Assembly: GCA_002070185.1 (NCBI GenBank)
Contig: MWCT01000001.1
Location: 267,110-331,109, forward strand
DNA: 64,000 nucleotides
Direction: 5' to 3'
DNA from: a candidate division BRC1 bacterium ADurb.Bin183
Lineage (GTDB): Bacteria > Sumerlaeota > Sumerlaeia > MWCT01
In this document: positions 18,746 to 28,594 of the stretch, in pieces
Layout of the letters: each line of letters starts with the position of its first letter
Position numbering within the stretch: position 1 is the first letter of the stretch
Translations under genes and position numbers: made by a program
Notes under the pieces: generated by a model
The model's database searches: none
Seen by the model: the letters and a program-made list of their open reading frames with translations, nothing else
Told to the model about the DNA's origin: nothing

Positions 18746-20794
18746 TTATTCCGCAACGCCCTGCCAGTCATCCGTTCGGAAAGGCGATGCGGGCAGTCCG
18801 GCTCCGTTATAAAGATTGCATGATGGATTGCCAGCCCAGCCGAATCGGACGGCGGCTGGATGGGCGACTTTTTCGCTGCGGACAAAAACGCTTTCGCCCT
18901 CTATGCGCGCATCAGCCCAGTAGAATTTTTTATCCGCGCCCGCGATGGCAAAGCCGGTGAGAGGTTCGCCGTTTTTTGAGACCAAGCCGCCATCGGCATA
19001 GTCAAAAAAAACACGCGCGCCGCCGTTTTCAATTTTTAGAGAGTCTTTTTTGTAAATCGGACCCGAATGCGTTATCTTTTCGCCGTAGGCGATTTTTCGC
19101 GCGGCAAGGGCAAGGCGGCGCCCCACCTCTTGCTTGTTGCGGGGATGGATGTCCGCCGCATCGCCGATATCAATCGCCACCGCCATGCCTGTGTTCGGTT
19201 CCGCAAGCGCCATCGTCTGCGCCTCGCGCAGCTCAGCCCAAGCGTCCTCCGCCGGTTCGGGCAGCGCCGCGCCGAAATTGGCAAGCTGCACGAAAAGGAA
19301 AGGGAAATCGCCCGCGCCCCACTTTCCCCGCCAGTCGCGGATGAGGAGCGGAAAGAGCGTGCGATATTGGCGCGCGCGCCCCGCATTGCTTTCGCCCTGA
19401 TACCAGATGACGCCCCTTATCCCATAGGGAAGAATCGGAGAAATCATGCCGTTGAAAAGAACGGCTGGATGCCCGCTATAATTTGGCGGGAGCGGGCGGG
19501 GCGGAAGAACTTTCAAATCCAGCGAAGGTTTGTAATGCCACTCGCCCGCAAGCGATATGCGCGCATTTCCGCCCGCTGTTGGACAATGGATATGCAAATC
19601 TTCCGGCTTGGCGGTAAAACCGCCCGGTCCGCCTGTATCAAGGACGCGGATGGCGATGGTGTTTTCGCCCTCGCGCGCAAGAGCGGCTGGGATTTCATAT
19701 CTTCTATTTTCAAAAAAGATTTCTTTTGCGCCGACCAATTCGCCGTTGAAATATGTTTTATCCTCATCGTCAATCGCGCCGAGGTTGATGACGAGGTGTT
19801 TGCCCGCCCATTCGCGCGGGAGGCTGACCTTTTTATAGAACCAGACCACGCCGTCAAAATTCGGCAGACCGGCGGGTTCCCATTGCGAAGGCAGTTGCAT
19901 AGTCTGCCAATCGGAAACATCCAGTGTTGGTTTTGCCCATACAGGGACGCCGCTGCTCATGCCCGCATCGCACTTTTCAATCTCATCCTTCCATGCCGCC
20001 ATATTTGTTTCGTAAACCCTTTTTGCCGTTTCCATGTCCGGCGGCAACCCGCCGATTTTTTCCAAATCAGATGCAAATTCGGGAATAACGCGGAGGGAAT
20101 CGGCGCTAATCCATGATTCAATCGGCGTTCCGCCAAAGGAGCTGTGGATGAGCCCCACCGGCACGCCGTATCGTTTGTGAATCTCGCGCCCAAAAAAATA
20201 TGCGGCGGCGGAAAATGACGGCGATGTTTTGGGGCTGCATTCGACCCACCCGTCGGTGTTTGCATCCGGCTGCGGCGTGAAACTTATTTGATGAGGGATG
20301 GTAATCAATCGAATTTGCGGATAGTCGGACTCGGCGATTTCGCGCTCATAATCGAGAACCTTCCCCCACTCGTCTCCGATATGCATCTCCATATTGGATT
20401 GACCCGAGCAAGCCCAGACCTCGCCCGCGAGCACGTTTTTGAATGCGATGATTTTGATGCTGTCCGAGATATTCAAAGTCCACGGACCGCCTGCGCTTAA
20501 CGGACCGATGGCGACGCTCCATCTGCCGTCGCTTCCCGCCTTGCCCGACCAAGTTTTCCCATCCAGAATAATTACAACCTTTTCCCCCGGCGCGTCCCAT
20601 CCCCAGATTTGGATTATTTTATCCCGCTGAAGAACCATGTTGTCGCTGAAGATGGCGGGCAGGCGTAGTTCGCCGGCTGCGGGCGTCTCGCGAACGGTTT
20701 TGATTCTGCCGCATTGGAAAAAAAGAAAACAGCAAACCGGAATCATTAACATTCGCGCAAGGCAGGTCAGCGTGTTGAAAAGTGTGCGATTCAT
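18746..20794 (-). CDS. Sialate O-acetylesterase family protein (SASA-like)
   Basis: Hallmark segments DNMVLQRD and GEVWACSGQSNME of sialic acid-specific 9-O-acetylesterases; N-terminal signal sequence. Confidence 0.7.
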   Translation of the reverse strand: MNRTLFNTLTCLARMLMIPVCCFLFFQCGRIKTVRETPAAGELRLPAIFSDNMVLQRDKIIQIWGWDAPGEKVVIILDGKTWSGKAGSDGRWSVAIGPLSAGGPWTLNISDSIKIIAFKNVLAGEVWACSGQSNMEMHIGDEWGKVLDYEREIAESDYPQIRLITIPHQISFTPQPDANTDGWVECSPKTSPSFSAAAYFFGREIHKRYGVPVGLIHSSFGGTPIESWISADSLRVIPEFASDLEKIGGLPPDMETAKRVYETNMAAWKDEIEKCDAGMSSGVPVWAKPTLDVSDWQTMQLPSQWEPAGLPNFDGVVWFYKKVSLPREWAGKHLVINLGAIDDEDKTYFNGELVGAKEIFFENRRYEIPAALAREGENTIAIRVLDTGGPGGFTAKPEDLHIHCPTAGGNARISLAGEWHYKPSLDLKVLPPRPLPPNYSGHPAVLFNGMISPILPYGIRGVIWYQGESNAGRARQYRTLFPLLIRDWRGKWGAGDFPFLFVQLANFGAALPEPAEDAWAELREAQTMALAEPNTGMAVAIDIGDAADIHPRNKQEVGRRLALAARKIAYGEKITHSGPIYKKDSLKIENGGARVFFDYADGGLVSKNGEPLTGFAIAGADKKFYWADARIEGESVFVRSEKVAHPAAVRFGWAGNPSCNLYNGAGLPASPFRTDDWQGVAE

Positions 20795-20809
20795 AAAAGT
20801 TCCTTTCGA

Positions 20810-22813
20810 TTATTCAATAAGCCCTTCCGATTTATGCCTGAGCAGCCGAAGCCGCCGACAGGCAAGGATATCGGCGGGCTCAATTGCGAGAATCTTCCGC
20901 AATGTTTGGTAACACTCGTCGTAGCGTCCCATGAATGCGTAAGCGGAGGCGGCGCCGTTCATGGCGATAAGCAGCTGCCTGCCTTTCAGCCGATTGGCGG
21001 ATTTGTGGAAAAAATCGAGGGCGGTTTCCAATCGCGGCGGCACGCGTTTCAGATTAATTAGTCCGATATAGTAATACATGACATAACGGACTTCGCCTAA
21101 TGTTCCGCTATATCGCAGCCCCTCCATAAGAAATTCTTCCGCGCGGTCAAGGTCGGGCTCCAACATCTCCACGCAAAGCCCGCTGTAGTTGTAATAATTC
21201 TGAAGAGTTTGCGGGTCCTCTTTCATGGCAAGTTCAAGGGTTTTAATCGCCTGCGCCTCATAATAGCGCGCCAGTTCAAGATAATGAGCCGCCTTTTTGA
21301 AATCGCCCCGTTCGCGCCAGATGTTTCCATTCACAATATTCTCCCGCCGCGCTAAGCTATATTCGGCGCCCAAGGCGGAATAGCGCCCCGCGCTGCGCGG
21401 GTTCAGCCGCAACTCCGCCTCCCAGAGGGCAACGCCGGAACGCCAATTCAAATTTCTCATATAAGTTCTAATGGAATAAAATATCATGAGAAAACAAAAA
21501 ACGCCGAACGCCCATTTCCGCCATTTCATTTTTTGATGGGCGCGGGCATAGAAAATACCCGCTGCCAAAGAAACCGAAACCGATGGAAGGTAAAGGAATC
21601 GCTCGGCGATGAAGTCCCCAAATGGCATAATATTGGAAAATGGAAACATGACAATGGGGAAAAATATCAAGGGATAGGCGAGCGCGCTTTTGTTTTTAAC
21701 GGCGCGGTATGCCAGCGCCGCGTAGAGGAAGCCCACGGCGACGCCGGCAAGCGCCCAGCCGTTCAAAAAACCGCCCGGCTGCTGCGCCCAGAACGGACCC
21801 CAAATGCGAACCGGAAAATTGTAATCTGGGCTCATAGCCACAGGCAGCGTTAAAAGACGCCAGTATGCCAGCGACCCCGCGCTCATCGCCGCCAGACGCT
21901 GCGCCGTTGTCTCTTTCCAGAAATACCACCCATCCGGATTAATGCCGATGACGCCCAAAACTTTGAGGCGTATGATGAGATACAGGATAAATACTGCGGT
22001 AAAGGGGAGAAGGCGGATGATGGCGTTTTTTGCGAACAAAAGGAAATTTTCCCTCTCCCCGCCATCATCTTTTTGGCGCAACCAAAAAAACCAATCCGTT
22101 AAAAGAATCGCCGGCGGGAGCGTGACTGCGGTTTCTTTGGACATTAAGGAAGCCGCAAAAAAAAACCAAGATAGAATGCGCAAAGGCGCAAACAGCCGTT
22201 TTTCCTTTCGCGCCCCGATATGCGCAACCAGCGAGAGTAAAAAGAAAAAGGCGCAAAGCGATTCGGCGCGTCCCACCAGCGAGGCAACCGCCTCCACATG
22301 AACAGGATGCGCCGAAAAAATCAACGCCGCGGCAAAGGCGGCTCGCTCGCTTCCTAAAAGCCGCCGCGCCAGAAACAAAAGCGCCAGAACAGTCCCGATA
22401 TGGATTAAGATGTTGGTGAGGTGAAAGAAGGGCGTTTCCGCGCGGTCGTTGAAATTCATATCCGCAAATTCACTCGGGCGCAGGCTGCGGCACCAATCAA
22501 GAAGATAGGTCAGGGACACAATCGGACGATATAGCGAAAGATTCGGGCGATGCGGCGGATAAGGCTCGGCAAAAAGTTTTAAAATCTTTGCCGGATTCTG
22601 AATGGAGGCGTTGCCGACAATATATTCCATATCGTCATATGTGAAACGATTGGGCAATGTATTGATGAAGAGAAGGAGGTTGAAAATGATGAGGGCGTAA
22701 ATCTGCCGGCGCGTTGTTTTGAAAAAATAAAGCGGCGCCTCGCCTTCTTGCGGAGTTTGAGACGGCTTGGAAGGCGCGTTCGGCTGGATTATTACTTTGC
22801 CGGAAGGCTTCAT
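20810..22813 (-). CDS. TMTC-like membrane glycosyltransferase (GT39-related, DUF1736-type) with C-terminal TPR repeats
   Basis: N-terminal multi-TM domain with the FTYDDMEYIVGN motif typical of TMTC/PMT_2-like O-mannosyltransferase-type proteins; TPR repeats in the C-terminal ~250 aa. Confidence 0.6.
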   Translation of the reverse strand: MKPSGKVIIQPNAPSKPSQTPQEGEAPLYFFKTTRRQIYALIIFNLLLFINTLPNRFTYDDMEYIVGNASIQNPAKILKLFAEPYPPHRPNLSLYRPIVSLTYLLDWCRSLRPSEFADMNFNDRAETPFFHLTNILIHIGTVLALLFLARRLLGSERAAFAAALIFSAHPVHVEAVASLVGRAESLCAFFFLLSLVAHIGARKEKRLFAPLRILSWFFFAASLMSKETAVTLPPAILLTDWFFWLRQKDDGGERENFLLFAKNAIIRLLPFTAVFILYLIIRLKVLGVIGINPDGWYFWKETTAQRLAAMSAGSLAYWRLLTLPVAMSPDYNFPVRIWGPFWAQQPGGFLNGWALAGVAVGFLYAALAYRAVKNKSALAYPLIFFPIVMFPFSNIMPFGDFIAERFLYLPSVSVSLAAGIFYARAHQKMKWRKWAFGVFCFLMIFYSIRTYMRNLNWRSGVALWEAELRLNPRSAGRYSALGAEYSLARRENIVNGNIWRERGDFKKAAHYLELARYYEAQAIKTLELAMKEDPQTLQNYYNYSGLCVEMLEPDLDRAEEFLMEGLRYSGTLGEVRYVMYYYIGLINLKRVPPRLETALDFFHKSANRLKGRQLLIAMNGAASAYAFMGRYDECYQTLRKILAIEPADILACRRLRLLRHKSEGLIE

Positions 22814-22900
22814 ATTAAAAAATTCCCATTGCGCGGGATTCGGGCGTTTATTAAGAAAATTTTTCCAATATCATTTTGACGCATTACAAAGAGAATTAAA

Positions 22901-23299
22901 TTGAATTTTGGCAAAAGAAATCAAGAAGAAACAAAAAGGCGGGCAATCCTCCCGGCAATCATCTTGGCTGCGCTGTGCGGTTTTTTGCTCTGGAGAGGCA
23001 ATAACTATTTTATCATCCCTTTATTTTTGTGCCTTTATTTTTTGGCGGGAATCGCCATTCATCCCGCGCTTCTGAAGCCGGCTGATGCCCTTGCGCGCAG
23101 AGTATCAAACGCGCTTCTTTGGCTTGCCACGCGGTTGGTTCTTATTTTAATTTATTATCTTATTATCACGCCGATTGCCCTCTGGTTCCGCCTCCGCGGA
23201 CGAGACCGATTGCGGCTGAAATTTCCATCGGGCGAAGCCTCCTTCTGGCGAAGGCGTCCGCCGGAGGAACAGGAGCCGAAGCTGGAAAAGCAGTATTGA
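22901..23299 (+). CDS. Small membrane protein, SxtJ-like family (hypothetical)
   Basis: 132 aa with two hydrophobic helices; LLWRG...PALLKP...LWLATRLVLILIYYLIITPIALWFRLRGRD resembles the SxtJ-type small membrane protein pattern. Called from memory only. Confidence 0.4.
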   Translation: MNFGKRNQEETKRRAILPAIILAALCGFLLWRGNNYFIIPLFLCLYFLAGIAIHPALLKPADALARRVSNALLWLATRLVLILIYYLIITPIALWFRLRGRDRLRLKFPSGEASFWRRRPPEEQEPKLEKQY

Positions 23300-23353
23300 A
23301 ATCGGGGGAAAAAAGAAAAATGTATAAGGATAAAAGACGGGAAGAGCGGGTGA

Positions 23354-24379
<1,026 letters not shown>

Positions 24380-24507
24380 AATAAATTTTTCCCGCCCGCA
24401 AAGAGTCCATCGTTTTTGCCTTTAATATTCCGGTGCAGACGGGGGGCACAGGCGGCAGATGAACGGCGATTCGGAGCGCGATGCAACGTCCGCATCAAAT
24501 CGGCGGG

Positions 24508-25785
24508 TCATCCCTTCCTGATGTTCTTTATATGATAACGCAATGAATCAAACGATAGCGCGCCTTCGCGCAGGATGGTATAGGGTTCTTTGATGACGGA
24601 AAGGACTGTGGAGACTAGCTCGCAACGCATCTCTCCAGCATCAAGGATGATGTCCACTTTTCCGCCAAAGTATTCCTTCACCTGTTCGGCGGTGCGGGCG
24701 GGCGGTTGACCTGATGGATTGGCGCTGGTGACTGCGAGCGGGCGCGCCGCCATGTTAATGACGCCCAGCGCAACTGTGCAATCGGGGATGCGGATGCCGA
24801 TAGTATCGCCGTTGGAAACGGCGGAAAGCATAGTCTCAGGTTTGGAGAAGATGACCGTCAGCGCTCCAGGCCAGAGTTCATCCAGCATTTCTTCCACATC
24901 TTTTGGAATTTTGCGGACAAGGCGGCTGAGCGTTTTCATGCTGTCAATCAGCAAGGGGATGGGCTTGCTCTCTTTGCGCCCCTTGATGTCGTAAAGTTTA
25001 TGAACGGCTTTTTCGTTGGTTGAATCGCAGGCAAGACCATAGACGGTGTCTGTGGGGATGGCGACAATCTTTCCTTCCAAAATGGCATCCGCCACGCGTT
25101 CGATTGCCTCAAAGGAGGGGTTATCGGGATCAACGCGGAGGATTTGTCTGCTTTTAGGCGCGGGCGATGCGGCGGGGATATTGGGTCTTTTTGAGATAAT
25201 AGACGCAGGCGCGGGCTTTGGCTGCGGCGCAACTGGAGCGGCTTTGGGTTTCTCTTGCACTTTTGCGGGCGCGGGATTCAGCGCCAGATGAGGGAAACGG
25301 CTCATCAACTCCTGCTGATCCGTCTCGATTTTATCCATGCGGTTTTTGCGGAACGCCACCAGACGCTTGCGGAGTTCGCAATCATGGAGGGCAATAATCT
25401 CCGCCGCCAAAAGCAACGCATTTTGGACGCTATTGATTCCCACGGCGGCGACCGGGATGCCGGGCGGCATCTGCACGATGGAATAAAGGGCGTCCTGTCC
25501 GCGCAATGCGTCCGCCTCGACGGGAACGCCAATGACGGGCAGAAGCGTCTGCGCCGACACAACGCCGGGCAAGGCGGCAGCCATTCCGGCGACGGCGACA
25601 AATACCTGAACGCCCGCCTCTTCCGCTTCCTTTATCCAGCGCATGACGGCTTCCGGCGTTCGATGCGCCGATGCGATGCGCGCGGCACAGCGCAGATTCA
25701 ATTCCGCAACAGCCTCCAGCGCTTTTTCCACCAGATGCCAGTCCGATTTGCTCCCAATGATAATACCGATAGCAGGCTCGCCCAT
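24508..25785 (-). CDS. Fusion protein: N-terminal PurE-like (N5-CAIR mutase family) domain and C-terminal YrdC/TsaC-like (threonylcarbamoyl-AMP synthase family) domain
   Basis: Residues ~1-160 carry PurE signatures (IGIIIGSKSDW, SAHRTPE, AGMAAALPGV). A Pro/Ala-rich linker follows, then a YrdC domain (IVAIPTDTVYGLACD...RIPDCTVALGVINMAARPLAVTSANPSGQP). Confidence 0.75.
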   Translation of the reverse strand: MGEPAIGIIIGSKSDWHLVEKALEAVAELNLRCAARIASAHRTPEAVMRWIKEAEEAGVQVFVAVAGMAAALPGVVSAQTLLPVIGVPVEADALRGQDALYSIVQMPPGIPVAAVGINSVQNALLLAAEIIALHDCELRKRLVAFRKNRMDKIETDQQELMSRFPHLALNPAPAKVQEKPKAAPVAPQPKPAPASIISKRPNIPAASPAPKSRQILRVDPDNPSFEAIERVADAILEGKIVAIPTDTVYGLACDSTNEKAVHKLYDIKGRKESKPIPLLIDSMKTLSRLVRKIPKDVEEMLDELWPGALTVIFSKPETMLSAVSNGDTIGIRIPDCTVALGVINMAARPLAVTSANPSGQPPARTAEQVKEYFGGKVDIILDAGEMRCELVSTVLSVIKEPYTILREGALSFDSLRYHIKNIRKG

Positions 25786-26140
25786 TGTTTCCCCTCATTA
25801 AATAAAGATGGCAGTTAATCAATACTCAAATAACTGCGGACGTGTTTATGAAATTTTTTAAAAGAGCATCGTTGAAAACGCGGAAGAAATCTACCATGGA
25901 ATCGTGCAAAATTTTATATGTATCCGCGCATGTCAAAATATACCCTTATTCTTCAAAGTTATATTTTTTCTTATATTGGCTTCAACGGCGGATGCAAGGA
26001 TATTCTAAATTCATCCCACCCCAAAATTTTTTGAAGATGTTAAAGCAACTGATTCTGAATTAAGAATCTGTTTGACGATGATTGCCCCGCCAAAGTAAGT
26101 GGAATCCTCTTATGTTTTTTGATTAAAAAGGAGTCCCGAC

Positions 26141-27544
26141 GTGCAAAATAAAAACCTTGTTCTGGGTCCGACTTTTGAGGAGATGCTCAATCCTTCGAAG
26201 ATAGAACCGGATATACGCAAACGGGCGCTCAAGGCGCTGACGGAAGACCCGCTCGACCCGATAAATCTTTTCAATATCACATGGAAAAATGCGGAGAATC
26301 AGATTAATTATCAGGTTCTGCCAAAGGAACTCACCGGCGTGGAGGCGCCCATCGTGGTTCTTTATGCGAAGGATTTTCCTACCGGCAGCCATAAGGTCGG
26401 CGCGGCGTATTCCGTTTTGGTGGACCTGGAGCTCCTGGGCGAGGTTGACCCGGCGCGCCACACGCTTGTTTGGCCCAGCACGGGCAATTATGGCATCGGC
26501 GGGGCATGGGTTGGCTGCCGCATGAAGTTCGACTCCATCGTCATCCTGCCTTTGGGCATGAGCGCCGAGCGTTTTGAGAAGATAAAATGTTACGGCGCAA
26601 GGTTGATTCAGACGCCCGGCTGCGAGTCCAACGTCAAAGAGATTTACGATAAATGCCACGAGTTGCGGCGCAGCAGCCCCAATATCCGCATTCTGAATCA
26701 GTTTGAGGTTTGGGGAAATTACCGCTTTCACTATTATGTTACAGGCAATACAATTGTTGAGCTTGCCGATGAGCTGAAAAAGCGGGGCATCGGAAACGGG
26801 CGTATCGCCGCCTTTTGCTCCGCTATGGGCTCCGCCGGCACCATCGCCGCGGGCGACCGTCTGAAACAGGTCTGGCAAGACCACAAGATTGTGGGGTTGG
26901 AACCGATTCAATGCCCAACGCTATTTAATAACGGTTACGGCGCGCATGATATTCAGGGAATCGGCGACAAACATGTCACGTGGATTCACAACGTCAAGAA
27001 CATGGACGCCATCATGTGCCTTGATGATGTCGAGTGCAAAAAGGGTTTGCAGCTTCTCACAGAAGAGGCGGGCTTGAACGCTTTAACGCGCCGCTTTGGC
27101 GTCGGCAGCGAGGACGCCTGCATGATGTCCCAAATCTTCGGCATCAGCGGCGTTTGCAATGTGCTGGGCGCCATCAAGACGGCAAAATTCTACGGGCTCG
27201 GAAAGAACGACCCCATCGTCACCATCTGCACGGATTCGTTGGATCGCTACCATTCCGTCATGGAGCAGATGACCGAGCAATACGGCAAAATGGATGAGGC
27301 GGAAGCCGCCACGCGCGTTGTCTCGATTTTTCATGGACAAAAAACCGACTGGATTTCCGAAGGCACCCGCGACGCGCGCGAACGCTGGCATAATCTCAAA
27401 TATTACACATGGGTGGAGCAGCAGGGGAAAACGGTTGAGGAACTCAACGCCCAGCGCACGGCTGAATACTGGATAGAAAAACAGCGGCATATTGCAAAAG
27501 ACGATAAGATGATTTTAGAAGCAAGAAAAAATAGTAGGGAGTAA
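26141..27544 (+). CDS. PLP-dependent enzyme, tryptophan synthase beta-like fold type II (function unknown)
   Basis: GTG start with AAGGAG RBS. The segment PTGSHKVGAAYS resembles the PLP-lysine region of the TrpB/threonine synthase/cysteine synthase superfamily. 467 aa; ends 3 nt before argC. Confidence 0.55.
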   Translation: MQNKNLVLGPTFEEMLNPSKIEPDIRKRALKALTEDPLDPINLFNITWKNAENQINYQVLPKELTGVEAPIVVLYAKDFPTGSHKVGAAYSVLVDLELLGEVDPARHTLVWPSTGNYGIGGAWVGCRMKFDSIVILPLGMSAERFEKIKCYGARLIQTPGCESNVKEIYDKCHELRRSSPNIRILNQFEVWGNYRFHYYVTGNTIVELADELKKRGIGNGRIAAFCSAMGSAGTIAAGDRLKQVWQDHKIVGLEPIQCPTLFNNGYGAHDIQGIGDKHVTWIHNVKNMDAIMCLDDVECKKGLQLLTEEAGLNALTRRFGVGSEDACMMSQIFGISGVCNVLGAIKTAKFYGLGKNDPIVTICTDSLDRYHSVMEQMTEQYGKMDEAEAATRVVSIFHGQKTDWISEGTRDARERWHNLKYYTWVEQQGKTVEELNAQRTAEYWIEKQRHIAKDDKMILEARKNSRE

Positions 27545-27547
27545 AAT

Positions 27548-28579
27548 ATGAGCGCATTGAAAGTTGCCATCATTGGAGCAAAAGGATACGCCGCCCGCGA
27601 ATTGATTGCCATTCTTTTGCGGCATCCCAAAGTCGAACTTGTGGCGTTGGCGGATAAATTGGATCAACCGGAGCCGCTTCTGGATTGTTTCCCCGAATTT
27701 CGAGGGCGCACCAATCTGAATTTCACGCCGGCGGACATCCCGAGTCTTATCAGCGGCGCGGAGACGTTTTTCCTCGCCTTGCCGCACAAGGCGGCGCAGG
27801 ATTATGCCGTTCCATTATGCGCCGCGGGCAAGACGGTCATTGACCTGAGCGCCGATTTCCGTTTTGAGGATTTGAGCGTTTATGAAAAAACCTACGCCAT
27901 CAAACACATCGCCGCCGAGCTCAATAAACAGGCGGTTTATGGGATGCCGGAGCTCAACCGAGAAAAAATCAAAAAAGGGCGCATCATCGGCAACCCCGGC
28001 TGCTATCCCACCAGCGTCATCCTTGCATGCGCGCCGCTCATGCAAACTGACTGGATTGACCGCGCCTCCATCATCGCAGATTCCAAATCGGGCGTTTCCG
28101 GAGCGGGCAGAGCCGCAACGCCGGTCACGCATTACGTCTCCTGCAACGAAAGCATCCGCGCCTATTCCATCGCCGCCCACCGCCACACGCCGGAAATCGA
28201 AGAGAAACTCTCGCTTTTAGCGGGCGAGCCGATTGCCGTCCAATTCACTCCTCATCTGACTCCGATGGACAGAGGCATCCTCAGCACGATTTACATCAAT
28301 ATGAAAAAGGATGTCGGCGAGCCGGAGATTCGCTCCCTTTATGAAAAATTTTACCGCGGCGAACCGTTCACGCGCGTCCTGCCTGAAGGGCAGACTCCCG
28401 CCACTAAAACAGTCGCCTGCACCAATTATTGCGACATCGGTATGAAACTGGATAAGCGCACGGGACGCCTCATCCTTGTAAGCGCCATTGACAATCTTTT
28501 AAAAGGCGCATCCGGTCAAGCCGTCCAATGTTTGAACATCCTTTATGATTTTGAAGAAACCGCGGGTCTTTTGGTGTAG
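27548..28579 (+). CDS. argC: N-acetyl-gamma-glutamyl-phosphate reductase
   Basis: N-terminal Rossmann motif VAIIGAKGYAAREL and catalytic-cysteine region GNPGCYPTSVILA; typical ArgC length of 343 aa. Confidence 0.85.
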   Translation: MSALKVAIIGAKGYAARELIAILLRHPKVELVALADKLDQPEPLLDCFPEFRGRTNLNFTPADIPSLISGAETFFLALPHKAAQDYAVPLCAAGKTVIDLSADFRFEDLSVYEKTYAIKHIAAELNKQAVYGMPELNREKIKKGRIIGNPGCYPTSVILACAPLMQTDWIDRASIIADSKSGVSGAGRAATPVTHYVSCNESIRAYSIAAHRHTPEIEEKLSLLAGEPIAVQFTPHLTPMDRGILSTIYINMKKDVGEPEIRSLYEKFYRGEPFTRVLPEGQTPATKTVACTNYCDIGMKLDKRTGRLILVSAIDNLLKGASGQAVQCLNILYDFEETAGLLV

Positions 28580-28594
28580 AAAGGAAAAGATTCG

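Noticed and set aside
19067-20116. 349-aa plus-strand ORF
   Set aside because: Antisense to the sialate O-acetylesterase gene, whose SASA motifs are clear.
25842-26063. 73-aa ORF in the AT-rich intergenic region
   Set aside because: Low-complexity, Lys/Phe-rich translation in a promoter-like AT-rich spacer, with no RBS; likely non-coding.
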